Source: a virus
Lineage: Duplodnaviria > Caudoviricetes
Length of the DNA stretch: 38,348 bases
Strand: one strand, 5' to 3'
Virus record (IMG/VR): IMGVR_UViG_3300020399_000005
Span: 1 to 38,348 of that record
The number at the start of each line of letters is the position of its first letter. The first letter of the stretch is position 1. The notes beneath the pieces were generated by a model. It was not told the origin of the DNA, ran no database searches, and saw nothing but the letters and a program-made list of their open reading frames with translations. A program made the position numbers and the translations under genes. Shown piece after piece: positions 27,603 to 35,752 of this stretch.

Positions 27603-28503
27603 CAGCAGCTTTCTGCACTAGGTTCCGTATCTGGGCAGCTTGGTCATTGCGGTTAGAGAACTTGCCAAGTCTTTCATCCAGTCGGCCCACCCAATCCACG
27701 GTAGCGTCAAACGAATAGCCTTGCCACAACAAGCTCGAAGCAAAGGCATACATCGTTGCTGATCTGTCTTGCGTGTTGAGGTCCTCCCATATCTTTTGGG
27801 CTGTTCCTTTGAAGCCATCTCTTGGATTGAAGTTTGCAACTGGTTGCTTCAGCTTAGGTTTGGTTGCCTCATACAGAGGCAAGAGAGATCTGATTAACGA
27901 GACAGGTGTTCTCTTCTCCCATGCTTGTTCGATGAACTTTGAAACGTCCAGCATCCCTTCCCCATCGGGATCAAAGACTTCGTGTCTTCCCTTGTTCCGT
28001 TCATGCGGGTAGGGAAGCCGTAAACAGTTACCTATTCTGTTTGGTTCAAGTGAAACCTGTTTGGGGTAAACCTCGCGAGTGGGGACCTGCACTATTCTGC
28101 AAGCTCCGATCATGGCGTTGCGCCCTATCGAAGCTGACATAGGTTCTCTTAGGTATACCCATACGTGGTACCCCTTGCTCTTTGATGTTTCTTTCCATGC
28201 TTGGATGCCCTTGGCATCCAGCAACCGAATCAGGTTGTCAGCATGAACGCTGGAAGTCTCTCCTTCATCTAGGTCTACTGCCAGCCAGTCCACTAACCAC
28301 ACTCCACTTTTCTTCCAGAGTGGGTAAACCCCGAGGGCTGGCCCTTCCCCTGTTAAGTGTTGAGAGATGCGTTCCTCTGTGACTGGTGCGTAGTCGCCGC
28401 TCTCCTCTAAGAGAGGGGTAACCCCGTTAGATACATTGGCGAGGTGCCCCCCTCCATGAAGAGTGGCGAACCTTTTTTGATTTGTTTTAGTTATTCGACC
28501 CAT
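27589..28503 (-). CDS. archaeo-eukaryotic primase (primase-polymerase) family protein
   Basis: LAVDLD (DxD), ETSKSKGYHVW (SxxGxH), LRLPY; helical C-terminal domain. Confidence 0.8.
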   Translation of the reverse strand: MGRITKTNQKRFATLHGGGHLANVSNGVTPLLEESGDYAPVTEERISQHLTGEGPALGVYPLWKKSGVWLVDWLAVDLDEGETSSVHADNLIRLLDAKGIQAWKETSKSKGYHVWVYLREPMSASIGRNAMIGACRIVQVPTREVYPKQVSLEPNRIGNCLRLPYPHERNKGRHEVFDPDGEGMLDVSKFIEQAWEKRTPVSLIRSLLPLYEATKPKLKQPVANFNPRDGFKGTAQKIWEDLNTQDRSATMYAFASSLLWQGYSFDATVDWVGRLDERLGKFSNRNDQAAQIRNLVQKAADATT

Positions 28504-29468
28504 CTGTCATCACCTGGAATGTCGCTTTCGTAATATTCCCGTACTAACCCACAGTTGGGGTCCATGTAGTAATCAATGGGTGGGAGCGTTACATGGCATG
28601 GAGGTCGCTTGTTCTTGCATAGATCGAGCGACACTGACACCGAATGTATTCTTCGTTCCACGTCAGACAACTTTGGATTGTCTCGTTGACGAAACACATT
28701 CAACTGCAGAATGGCATATTCATCTGCGTTGAACTTGCCGTCATCCATCCCTCTCGATTGACCCCGAGTGGAGCCTTTACCCGATTGGTGGATAAGGGCT
28801 ACAGGAAGATTCTCTGTCTCAGCCCATTCCTTTAACCCCTTAAGAACAGTAGATACTCCTTCGTATCCTGCTGCGCCTGGGAGTTGTTCAAGGAAATCGA
28901 CCATAACGAATTTCGGTTTGGTCTGCCAGTAATCCTCGCATTCACGCATCGCTTCCGACATATCAGAAAACGACAATGCATTAGGAAATATTTTAACCCT
29001 ATTCAAAAAACCGTCTTTGGCTTCTCGAATTTCGTTAAGAACTATTTCATCTTCTGTGCGTAACGCTTCTTCAACTTCAGCAAGGTTCCGTTGATACAGC
29101 AAGGCATACAACTTGGAGACAACAAGAATCTCTGGCTCATCAGGTGTGTAGATGACGCCGTGAAAGTTTGGGTCTTCTAATAGGTTGCGTGCCATTGCTG
29201 AGAGGACCACGGCTGACTTGCCGCTGTGCGCTCTGCCCGTAACGACGAGTACATCGCTAGGCCACACTCCGCGCATCTTCTGGTCTATGTCACCTAGACC
29301 CAAGAAGAAACAGTCGTCGCTGCCCTTGGCGTATTCGACCCATCGTTCTACGGCGATAGATGTAGGTCTAAAAAATTTATATTGGCTCTCCCCCTCAGGG
29401 AGATCGTGCCCTTCAAGAAGGGCCTCGATCTCCTCTGCGGTGAGGGCGACTGCTTCGCCCCCCTCCAT
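28491..29468 (-). CDS. DnaB/SF4-like replicative helicase
   Basis: Walker A GRAHSGKS, Walker B VMVDFLE, LIHQ, LCKNK; adjacent to primase. Confidence 0.85.
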   Translation of the reverse strand: MEGGEAVALTAEEIEALLEGHDLPEGESQYKFFRPTSIAVERWVEYAKGSDDCFFLGLGDIDQKMRGVWPSDVLVVTGRAHSGKSAVVLSAMARNLLEDPNFHGVIYTPDEPEILVVSKLYALLYQRNLAEVEEALRTEDEIVLNEIREAKDGFLNRVKIFPNALSFSDMSEAMRECEDYWQTKPKFVMVDFLEQLPGAAGYEGVSTVLKGLKEWAETENLPVALIHQSGKGSTRGQSRGMDDGKFNADEYAILQLNVFRQRDNPKLSDVERRIHSVSVSLDLCKNKRPPCHVTLPPIDYYMDPNCGLVREYYESDIPGDDRWVE

Positions 29469-30226
29469 CAGTTCCCCTTATAGGCAAACTGTTGAAGTTC
29501 GTCACGTCGTCCAAGCCAGTCCCATTCGATGGCATCTGATTGAGTTTGCCCAGAAGCTTCGTCCCAGACTTTGAGAGGAACATTACTATCCCCATCATTA
29601 ACCCAGATGCCTACGTCGCGAGCGACCTGCATGCCGAGGCGAGCCAAAGCGTCCTTAGACACGGAGAAGTTCGGGAAGTTCTTCCCGTTCTTCGTCACGT
29701 CAGTGGAGCCGTCTGCTTTTTCTTTCACTTCATACACCTTGATTACGCCGCCATTTTCATCGGCCCACTCATTAGGTTGGAAAGCAAGAAGGTTGAACGC
29801 TGTTTGGTTTTGCTCTGCGTTCTTACCAAGACAGAAGTCAACTCGTTTGTAGACACGTCCACTCATCCTGCCTCCTGCTGGTGCCCCTTGCGCTGGCACA
29901 GGTGCCGCCGCTACTGATGTGGCTGTCGGGCCACTTGGAGCGGCCTGCGTGGGGGCGCTTGCTTGACTATTTGAAGACCTGGAAACGCCGCTTTTCAGGC
30001 GACGCATCACAACCCCATCAGGACTGAGATCCATTTCCTGTCCTGCTTGGCGAAGAACTTCCGTCTTCACAGTTTCAAACAATGCGGTGGCTTCGGCAAT
30101 AATGCCGTCATCCCCCATGGACTCAGGGACACTGCGCTCTATTGAGAGCGTGTAGTCCGCTGTTTCATATGCTGCTTCACTTACTTTCTGGGTGAAGCTG
30201 ACTGTTAATTTTGCTGTATCAGTCAT
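29468..30226 (-). CDS. hypothetical replication-module protein (possible ssDNA-binding)
   Basis: GGAG-containing SD before ATG 30226; two domains joined by an Ala/Pro linker; KNGKNFPNF motif; position. Confidence 0.5.
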   Translation of the reverse strand: MTDTAKLTVSFTQKVSEAAYETADYTLSIERSVPESMGDDGIIAEATALFETVKTEVLRQAGQEMDLSPDGVVMRRLKSGVSRSSNSQASAPTQAAPSGPTATSVAAAPVPAQGAPAGGRMSGRVYKRVDFCLGKNAEQNQTAFNLLAFQPNEWADENGGVIKVYEVKEKADGSTDVTKNGKNFPNFSVSKDALARLGMQVARDVGIWVNDGDSNVPLKVWDEASGQTQSDAIEWDWLGRRDELQQFAYKGN

Positions 30227-30240
30227 GTTTACCTTTCTCC

Positions 30241-31023
30241 CTACCAGGGATTTTCTCCGAGGTGTTTCCCTCGGCATTCGCCTGCCTGCCAGACAGGACA
30301 CCATTTAGGGGAGCAATGCCAGCCCCCCCAGTTCATAGGCCACGGTACCTGATTAGAAATAATCGTAGGTACTATCGACCAACACAAATCTGTAAACGCC
30401 ATTCTATCATTGTCTGTGCGTTCTATCTCAATGATCTGCACCTCACCATTTACCAGTACACATAACACGAACTGAGGTGAGTCGAAAGCGAGACAGTAGG
30501 CATGGCTTTGTATGTCCCACCGCTTCTTTTCCCATGGCTCATACTTTCGGCCTGGGTTCTTCCAATCCCAGATGGCACCCGACTGGTCGATCCAGTCAGC
30601 GGTGCCAGTGAGGATCAGGTTGACGTTATCCCTTACCCCTAAAGAAACTTCAAAGCTTTTCTCTATGGCTACAGGGGTGAGGTTGGGCATCACTTCGTTA
30701 TGCCAAGCTTCAATGTTATTCAGTACTGTGTCCACAGTTTTCTCGTAGCTGTGTCGCCACACCTCAACCTTGGGGGCGTTGTCAGCTAGATAAGTTTCTC
30801 CGATGTCGAGCATCCATTCCAGTGAGATCGGCTCTGTCGCAACGACTTGCTGAGGGTTGAACATTCCGTTGCCATACATTTCGATTGCATGGTGGACTGC
30901 GTTACCTCTGAGCAGGTCGGAGGTTTCTTTTTGTTTCACAAGTTTGAATCGTTCCTGTCTTGCTTGCTCGGGGCATCGCAAGAAAGTGTTGATCCAACTT
31001 TGTCTTAGTCTAATTTCTATCAT
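30241..31023 (-). CDS. PD-(D/E)xK Cas4/RecB-like exonuclease
   Basis: FLRCP, GNAVH, GTADW..IWDWK, QSHAY, C-terminal CSPKWC...C; start MIEIRLRQS after GGGAG. Confidence 0.85.
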   Translation of the reverse strand: MIEIRLRQSWINTFLRCPEQARQERFKLVKQKETSDLLRGNAVHHAIEMYGNGMFNPQQVVATEPISLEWMLDIGETYLADNAPKVEVWRHSYEKTVDTVLNNIEAWHNEVMPNLTPVAIEKSFEVSLGVRDNVNLILTGTADWIDQSGAIWDWKNPGRKYEPWEKKRWDIQSHAYCLAFDSPQFVLCVLVNGEVQIIEIERTDNDRMAFTDLCWSIVPTIISNQVPWPMNWGGWHCSPKWCPVWQAGECRGKHLGENPW

Positions 31024-31051
31024 GTGTCTCCCGTTCTCCCTGTGTACCCAA

Positions 31052-31087
31052 GTGGGTGCCCAGTAGGGAGAGGAACTGGGCACCCAC
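31052..31087. repeat. 13-bp perfect inverted repeat
   Basis: GTGGGTGCCCAGT-N10-ACTGGGCACCCAC. Confidence 0.9.
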
Positions 31088-31094
31088 AAATTGT

Positions 31095-31130
31095 ATGGGG
31101 GGTGACCCCTTTGAGGGGGTCACCCCCCAT
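31095..31130. repeat. 15-bp perfect inverted repeat
   Basis: ATGGGGGGTGACCCC-tttgag-GGGGTCACCCCCCAT. Confidence 0.9.
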
Positions 31131-31156
31131 TATAGGACTTACAAGTCATCCGTCAA
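31129..31156 (-). promoter_or_regulatory. sigma70/SigA-type promoter for replication module
   Basis: TTGACG-N16-TATAAT on - strand. Confidence 0.6.
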
Positions 31157-31577
31157 CCACCAAGTACATCGCTGCAGTCATCATTCGCTCAGGGTCCTCG
31201 TTCATTATGCCTATGCCCCTATTGCACGAATTGCAAAGCAACCCACGTACGACACCTGTCTGATGGCAATGATCTACAACTAAATTATCGGTGTGGGGGT
31301 GGCCGCTATCTTCCGCTCCACATATCTTGCATTTGTAATCTTGTAGCTCCAGCATGGATTCGTATTCCTCCAGTGTGATCCCGTATTCGCGAAGGTAATG
31401 ACTGTTGCGTCGCCGCCTCATTGTTTGAGGGTTGTTCTTCTCTCGGTCAACTTGCGCTTTGGTCACGCACACACGGCACCGAGCGTTACGCCCATGTTTA
31501 CCCATCGACTGCTTGTGGAAGTTGCTGAGTGGCTGAGGGTTATCCTCAGGACACTCAGTGTTGAGGCAACTTTTCAT
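31146..31577 (-). CDS. endonuclease VII-domain protein (likely homing-type)
   Basis: YGITLEEY...Q...CKIC...LVVDHCHQTGVVRGLLCNSCNRGIG; N-terminal Cys cluster. Confidence 0.9.
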   Translation of the reverse strand: MKSCLNTECPEDNPQPLSNFHKQSMGKHGRNARCRVCVTKAQVDREKNNPQTMRRRRNSHYLREYGITLEEYESMLELQDYKCKICGAEDSGHPHTDNLVVDHCHQTGVVRGLLCNSCNRGIGIMNEDPERMMTAAMYLVVDG

Positions 31578-31930
31578 TCGCTGTTGGCCTCCAGTGCACC
31601 GATCTTCCGTAGCCGTTCAAACTTGGCCTGACCGATCATGTCATGGGCACGTTGTTTCGAGACACCAATCCACCTTCCACTTTCAGCAGAGTTAGATGTT
31701 TCGAGGCTCAGGTCCAGCAGTGCATGTCTACGTTCGTAGCTAGCTATGTCTCTCCACTTAGCTGTCTGACTAGATACATAGTCGTAGAAAGACAGACGGG
31801 CCTTTAGATCTCCCATCAAATGTGTTTCTGCACCTTCATGCAGCATCTTGCTAATCTCTTCTGGGAACATGTCCAGCATTTCCTTGAACATTTCAGACAG
31901 ATTGATTTCTGGGTGGTCGTATGAATCCAT
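31574..31930 (-). CDS. hypothetical protein, possible C-terminal HTH
   Basis: SAESGRWIGVSKQRAHDMI. Confidence 0.6.
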   Translation of the reverse strand: MDSYDHPEINLSEMFKEMLDMFPEEISKMLHEGAETHLMGDLKARLSFYDYVSSQTAKWRDIASYERRHALLDLSLETSNSAESGRWIGVSKQRAHDMIGQAKFERLRKIGALEANSE

Positions 31931-32100
31931 TATTCTTTCTCTTCCTGGTCCCTAACAAGGGACTCGTAGATTGTTCTTGCGACTTCTTGATCCTCAAAGA
32001 AGTCTTTGAATTGGTTGTCCTGCAGGATTAACCAGCCACTTCGGTAGCGTCCAGATCCTCCCGCAGGAAAGGCATACGGTTTAAGTTCGTATTCAAACAC
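31930..32100 (-). CDS. hypothetical protein (56 aa)
   Basis: GTG start at 32100 overlapping upstream stop; C-terminal part of track ORF 31930-32319. Confidence 0.55.
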   Translation of the reverse strand: MFEYELKPYAFPAGGSGRYRSGWLILQDNQFKDFFEDQEVARTIYESLVRDQEEKE

Positions 32101-32371
32101 CTGCTTGTTTCCTTTGTTTCTCTGACCAATCCAAATGAGGATTGGCACGGATGATGTCAACCATGGAGTAGGCATCGCTAACGGCAATAGGATTGTCTCG
32201 TCGCCCAGCAGGCTTCTTCGGTTTTGGGTTAGCAGACTCCCTGTTCTTGTTGACTTTTGCTCGCCGTTCACGTTCGTAAAGATTCTTGATTGAACGACAT
32301 AACTCGCAACGGCATCCACGCCCGTAGTTTGTTAATGACGGGTTGCCATCGCAATCATGTTTCCTCATCAA
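32093..32371 (-). CDS. hypothetical Cys-motif protein
   Basis: YGRGCRCELCR motif followed by basic helix. Confidence 0.65.
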   Translation of the reverse strand: MMRKHDCDGNPSLTNYGRGCRCELCRSIKNLYERERRAKVNKNRESANPKPKKPAGRRDNPIAVSDAYSMVDIIRANPHLDWSEKQRKQAGV

Positions 32372-32579
32372 ATACCTTTCCTGTCGGGAACAGAACTACG
32401 TTGTCCATGTTCGGTGGGTCAGGGTCGAGACATCGCACAGCGTTCAACAATGACTGCTCTAGCTCTGCCGCACTTTCGTCCATGTTCTCCGCCATGGCTC
32501 TCAACATGTGCATAACGTTGTGTACGCCATCGAATAGCTCAAGCATTGTCTCGTTCTGGGAGTCAGTCAACTGAGCCAT
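32355..32579 (-). CDS. hypothetical protein
   Basis: GGAGG SD before ATG 32579; ends NVVLFP. Confidence 0.65.
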   Translation of the reverse strand: MAQLTDSQNETMLELFDGVHNVMHMLRAMAENMDESAAELEQSLLNAVRCLDPDPPNMDNVVLFPTGKVFDEET

Positions 32580-32859
32580 AGTATTCCTCCATGTCATCCA
32601 TGTTCTCTTCCCAGCAAGTGGGGCAAAGATAGTACGGGCCAGGAAATGGCTTACCCAATAGATCTATGAATTGAGAGTTCATAATGATTTCTCTGTCTTC
32701 AGGACTCTTGTCAGGCCATACGTCTTGGACCATGTCACCTCCCACCCATTGCTTGATCTCTTTGACGGTTACTTTGGTTGTTCTGTTGACACGGCATTCT
32801 TTACATACTGCGCGAGCATCAACTTCCTGAGTTGTAATAATCATTTCAGGCTTCTCCAA
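32563..32859 (-). CDS. hypothetical zinc-ribbon protein
   Basis: CKEC...QDVWPDKSPEDREII...LCPTCWE. Confidence 0.7.
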   Translation of the reverse strand: MEKPEMIITTQEVDARAVCKECRVNRTTKVTVKEIKQWVGGDMVQDVWPDKSPEDREIIMNSQFIDLLGKPFPGPYYLCPTCWEENMDDMEEYYGSVD

Positions 32860-33038
32860 TCCATTAGCTCACGGTTAATAGGCCATGGCTCTCGTTGTCC
32901 TATACCAGCGACATCGAGCATGGCTTCGTCAGTACCGCAGGGAGAACAGACATACGTGTCGTTATCCAAACGGGACAGTGCATTTTGCGCCGACTCATCT
33001 TCCAATTCGGTGAGTTGGCATCGTGGACATATCATCAT
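32841..33038 (-). CDS. hypothetical zinc-finger protein
   Basis: CPRC...NALSRLDN..YVCSPCGTDEA. Confidence 0.75.
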   Translation of the reverse strand: MMICPRCQLTELEDESAQNALSRLDNDTYVCSPCGTDEAMLDVAGIGQREPWPINRELMDWRSLK

Positions 33039-33271
33039 TCATCTCCTAGTCCGCTGAAATCAATCTCAGGATCAACAACAAGGAACCGTAAACGGAACCT
33101 ATCTATCTCTCCCTCAATAGCTTTCAGATCATCTACGACTGCATCAGTAGCGATGCAATCCTCATCCGCTGTCAGGTCAATCAACTTGTTGATGCCTGCA
33201 ATGGTTTTAATAATGAACAGAACCAAAGCGTAAGCTTCACGTTCCAATTCAGTTCGGTCGGGTTTTGTCAT
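33035..33271 (-). CDS. hypothetical protein
   Basis: GGGGAGG SD; ATGA overlap with downstream gene. Confidence 0.65.
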   Translation of the reverse strand: MTKPDRTELEREAYALVLFIIKTIAGINKLIDLTADEDCIATDAVVDDLKAIEGEIDRFRLRFLVVDPEIDFSGLGDE

Positions 33272-33283
33272 ACCCTCCCCCTT

Positions 33284-34039
33284 TCATTTAGAGGCTGAGA
33301 AACGCACGTTGTTCACGCCCGTTATGCACAGCCCACATTCGACACAGGCTCCTCGGCCCATGCGATCTTCACCCCATACAACTAACGGGATCTTGCCTGT
33401 TAGCTCGGGGCAGCGTGGCCCCAGCCGTTGACCAGGGAACGTCCGAGCTAACGCTTCGGTCGCTTCCCAGCTTTCAGCGGTGAAGGCCAGCTTCACCCAT
33501 GGGTATGTCTTACTTGTATGGCGTGCCTGCTTTATGTTGTCTTTGTCTACGGATAAGTAGACGACAAGGTTGTCAGCTTGCAGTCGCCTGATTGCATTGA
33601 ATGTTCTGGTGTACAACCAGAACTTGACTTGTGGGAATCGTTGACAGACTCGCCTGACGGCAGTCGCAAACTCAGGTGTAGGGATGTCTCCATCCCAGAA
33701 CCACCTGAACACCCAGTCCTCTGGCTCACTCCATTTCTGCATGTACTTGAACGATTGCTCAACTACGGCATACAAGAGTTCTTCCAGCTTGTCTGGATCG
33801 TGCAAGTGAGGCTTGACTAGCTGCCAGTTTCTCTCCAACGCATTGCTCATATTCGGGAAGATGTTCTCCAGCTTGCGTGCATAACACATAGCCTCACAAG
33901 TTGGTGTCGATCCCCAGCATGACTTGATTGCTGGAAGTCCGAATGCGTTAGGGACTCTGACATAAGCCTCATTGCCCGTTTCGTATTTGCGCTGCAACAC
34001 AGGTGCAGTCTTACGATCTGAGCTTAGGTGTAGGTTCAA
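33284..34039 (-). CDS. GP88-like Cys-rich protein
   Basis: FGLPAIKSC..TPTCEAMCYA, FRWFWDGD, FWLYTR, NLVVYLSVD, CVECGLC. Confidence 0.7.
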   Translation of the reverse strand: MNLHLSSDRKTAPVLQRKYETGNEAYVRVPNAFGLPAIKSCWGSTPTCEAMCYARKLENIFPNMSNALERNWQLVKPHLHDPDKLEELLYAVVEQSFKYMQKWSEPEDWVFRWFWDGDIPTPEFATAVRRVCQRFPQVKFWLYTRTFNAIRRLQADNLVVYLSVDKDNIKQARHTSKTYPWVKLAFTAESWEATEALARTFPGQRLGPRCPELTGKIPLVVWGEDRMGRGACVECGLCITGVNNVRFSASK

Positions 34040-34533
34040 TGTTGTTCCCCCAATAGTTGTTGTGCAGCGGCGCGAGCGTCACTGACAGGATTGAATTCAA
34101 GTTTGATGGTTGCATTCGCGAACTGATTGCGGAGTGCTCGCTCCATGTCAACTTTGGACCACGTGACATTCGCTACCTTCTGGACTGCCTCAATAAAGGC
34201 ATCCCCCAAGGAGCAAGCATCACTGAGGCTGCCAAGCCCGTTGAATTGCCTGAGTTGATTCCTTATGGCATTGGCAACATCATCATCAAGGTCCTCGCTC
34301 TTGATGAAGTCCATAGCATTCACGACATCATGTACCTGATCATGAACATCTATATCCTCGTTGGCTATCTCAGAGATGGTCTGATTGTGGTCGCTGAGCA
34401 TGGAATACCAGTCATAATTGTCTAAGTACTCACCAACGGCTTCGGTGACATGCTCTTCGATTATGGACTTGATATCAACCTCAAGGGTCAGATGTGGACT
34501 GTTAATTACCTGTACTTCTAGTTCATCACTCAT
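34036..34533 (-). CDS. hypothetical acidic protein
   Basis: GGGAG SD; 165-aa ORF. Confidence 0.7.
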   Translation of the reverse strand: MSDELEVQVINSPHLTLEVDIKSIIEEHVTEAVGEYLDNYDWYSMLSDHNQTISEIANEDIDVHDQVHDVVNAMDFIKSEDLDDDVANAIRNQLRQFNGLGSLSDACSLGDAFIEAVQKVANVTWSKVDMERALRNQFANATIKLEFNPVSDARAAAQQLLGEQH

Positions 34534-34592
34534 GGTGATCTCCCTAATTTGTGGTGTTGGCTAGACACCTGAATAAGCCACAAGGGAGGCCC

Positions 34593-34612
34593 CGACCTAG
34601 GCATCTAGGTCG
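34593..34612 (-). repeat. ACCTAG-N4-CTAGGT hairpin copy 1
   Basis: - strand CGACCTAG-atgc-CTAGGTCG, intergenic. Confidence 0.9.
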
Positions 34613-34627
34613 TGGCACCCCCGAGTC

Positions 34628-35617
34628 TCATTCAGATGAAACAAGCTGGTGGATTGCTTTCTCCGTGAGAGGCATAGATCCGAAGAGCAGACGATCAAGA
34701 TGCCGTCCCTCTTTAGATCCACCACGCACCTGCTGGACGTGCTGCTCGTAGCCTTGTACGGCCATGAGCGCACCCCATTTGGTTTCTCGGATGCCACCGT
34801 CTAGGTCACGGTCCATGTAGCGGGCAGTGATCGAGTCGAACACCTTGTCATAAGATGTTTGGCTCCTACCCTCATCTTCTGGACGTTCACCCAGAATGCG
34901 GTGCTTCAGTTGTCCGAATTGAAACGGAAGATAGCTTTCGTTGATGAGTCGCTCTACTTGTTCGTCAAGCTGATGTTGCAGCTTGGCTGCCTCAACGAAC
35001 GAGTTGATTGCCCATTCCAGATAGCTACTGGCATTACGAGTGTGCTTGACCGACCACGAAGCCTGAACTCCCAAGATGTAGGCAGCGAATGTGTTTGCAC
35101 ACACCACTACTCCAACGGTTGGTCGCCCTGAGGCGGCAATCGTCCCATCGTGAGCATCAGTCAACGTGAAGTACTTGTGGATCTTGCTGTACCCCTCGAT
35201 ATCCAGTGGTTCACCCATCTCCAATGTTACATATGCCTTACGACCGTGATTCAGGGTGCCCTTGGATGCGACACCAGGAGAGAAACCCTGTTCTATCAGT
35301 TTCTCTACAGCGGAATCCATCTCATCATATTGAGTGATCCCCCTGCCTTCTGTCACGCCCACATTTAGTGGGAACCCATCGTCAGACCGACGAATGACGA
35401 AACCATTATTTACACCGTCCCATTCACTGAGTGCTGTGTAATAAGTCTCCCCATCAATCACGTCTTTGGCATACAGTTCTTGACGTTCGGCTTGGAATAT
35501 CCATGGATTCTCTGCGTACTCATTTGCTGAGAGCAGGTGACCATAGGTGATCCCTTTGCCGTGCCAAGCTGTCTGAGCGTAGACCGCTAGGTCATCGCCA
35601 TATATTTCAGCAGACAT
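34628..35617 (-). CDS. DUF932-family protein
   Basis: AWHGKG, GTLNHGRKAYV, LTDAHDG, VVCANT, VKHT, TKWGALMAV motifs. Confidence 0.85.
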   Translation of the reverse strand: MSAEIYGDDLAVYAQTAWHGKGITYGHLLSANEYAENPWIFQAERQELYAKDVIDGETYYTALSEWDGVNNGFVIRRSDDGFPLNVGVTEGRGITQYDEMDSAVEKLIEQGFSPGVASKGTLNHGRKAYVTLEMGEPLDIEGYSKIHKYFTLTDAHDGTIAASGRPTVGVVVCANTFAAYILGVQASWSVKHTRNASSYLEWAINSFVEAAKLQHQLDEQVERLINESYLPFQFGQLKHRILGERPEDEGRSQTSYDKVFDSITARYMDRDLDGGIRETKWGALMAVQGYEQHVQQVRGGSKEGRHLDRLLFGSMPLTEKAIHQLVSSE

Positions 35618-35646
35618 GCTGACTCCTTTTCAATTGTCAATGTACT

Positions 35647-35672
35647 GACCGACCTAGGTATCTAGGTCAATC
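35647..35672 (-). repeat. ACCTAG-N4-CTAGGT hairpin copy 2
   Basis: - strand GATTGACCTAG-atac-CTAGGTCGGTC (two G-U pairs). Confidence 0.9.
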
Positions 35673-35673
35673 G

Positions 35674-35717
35674 TGAGGTGGGAGGAATCGAACCTCCAAT
35701 AGCATCCTATCACCCCA
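35674..35717 (-). ncRNA. mini tRNA-like fold (acceptor stem plus T-arm); not a full tRNA
   Basis: TGGGGTG / ATAG-gatg-CTAT / T / GGAGG-TTCGATT-CCTCC / CACCTCA. Confidence 0.4.
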
Positions 35718-35732
35718 TACAGGTAGTGTCAA
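35704..35732 (-). promoter_or_regulatory. strong SigA-type early promoter
   Basis: TTGACA-N17-TAGGAT with TGn extended -10. Confidence 0.75.
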
Positions 35733-35752
35733 GGACCTGCATACCCTATTTG

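Noticed and set aside
31024-31089. N-terminal extension of the exonuclease
   Set aside because: Spans the inverted repeat; SD and family N-terminus support ATG 31023.
32101-32319. Long N-terminal extension of ORF 31930-32319
   Set aside because: Fully overlaps the better-supported GCRC-motif gene in another frame.
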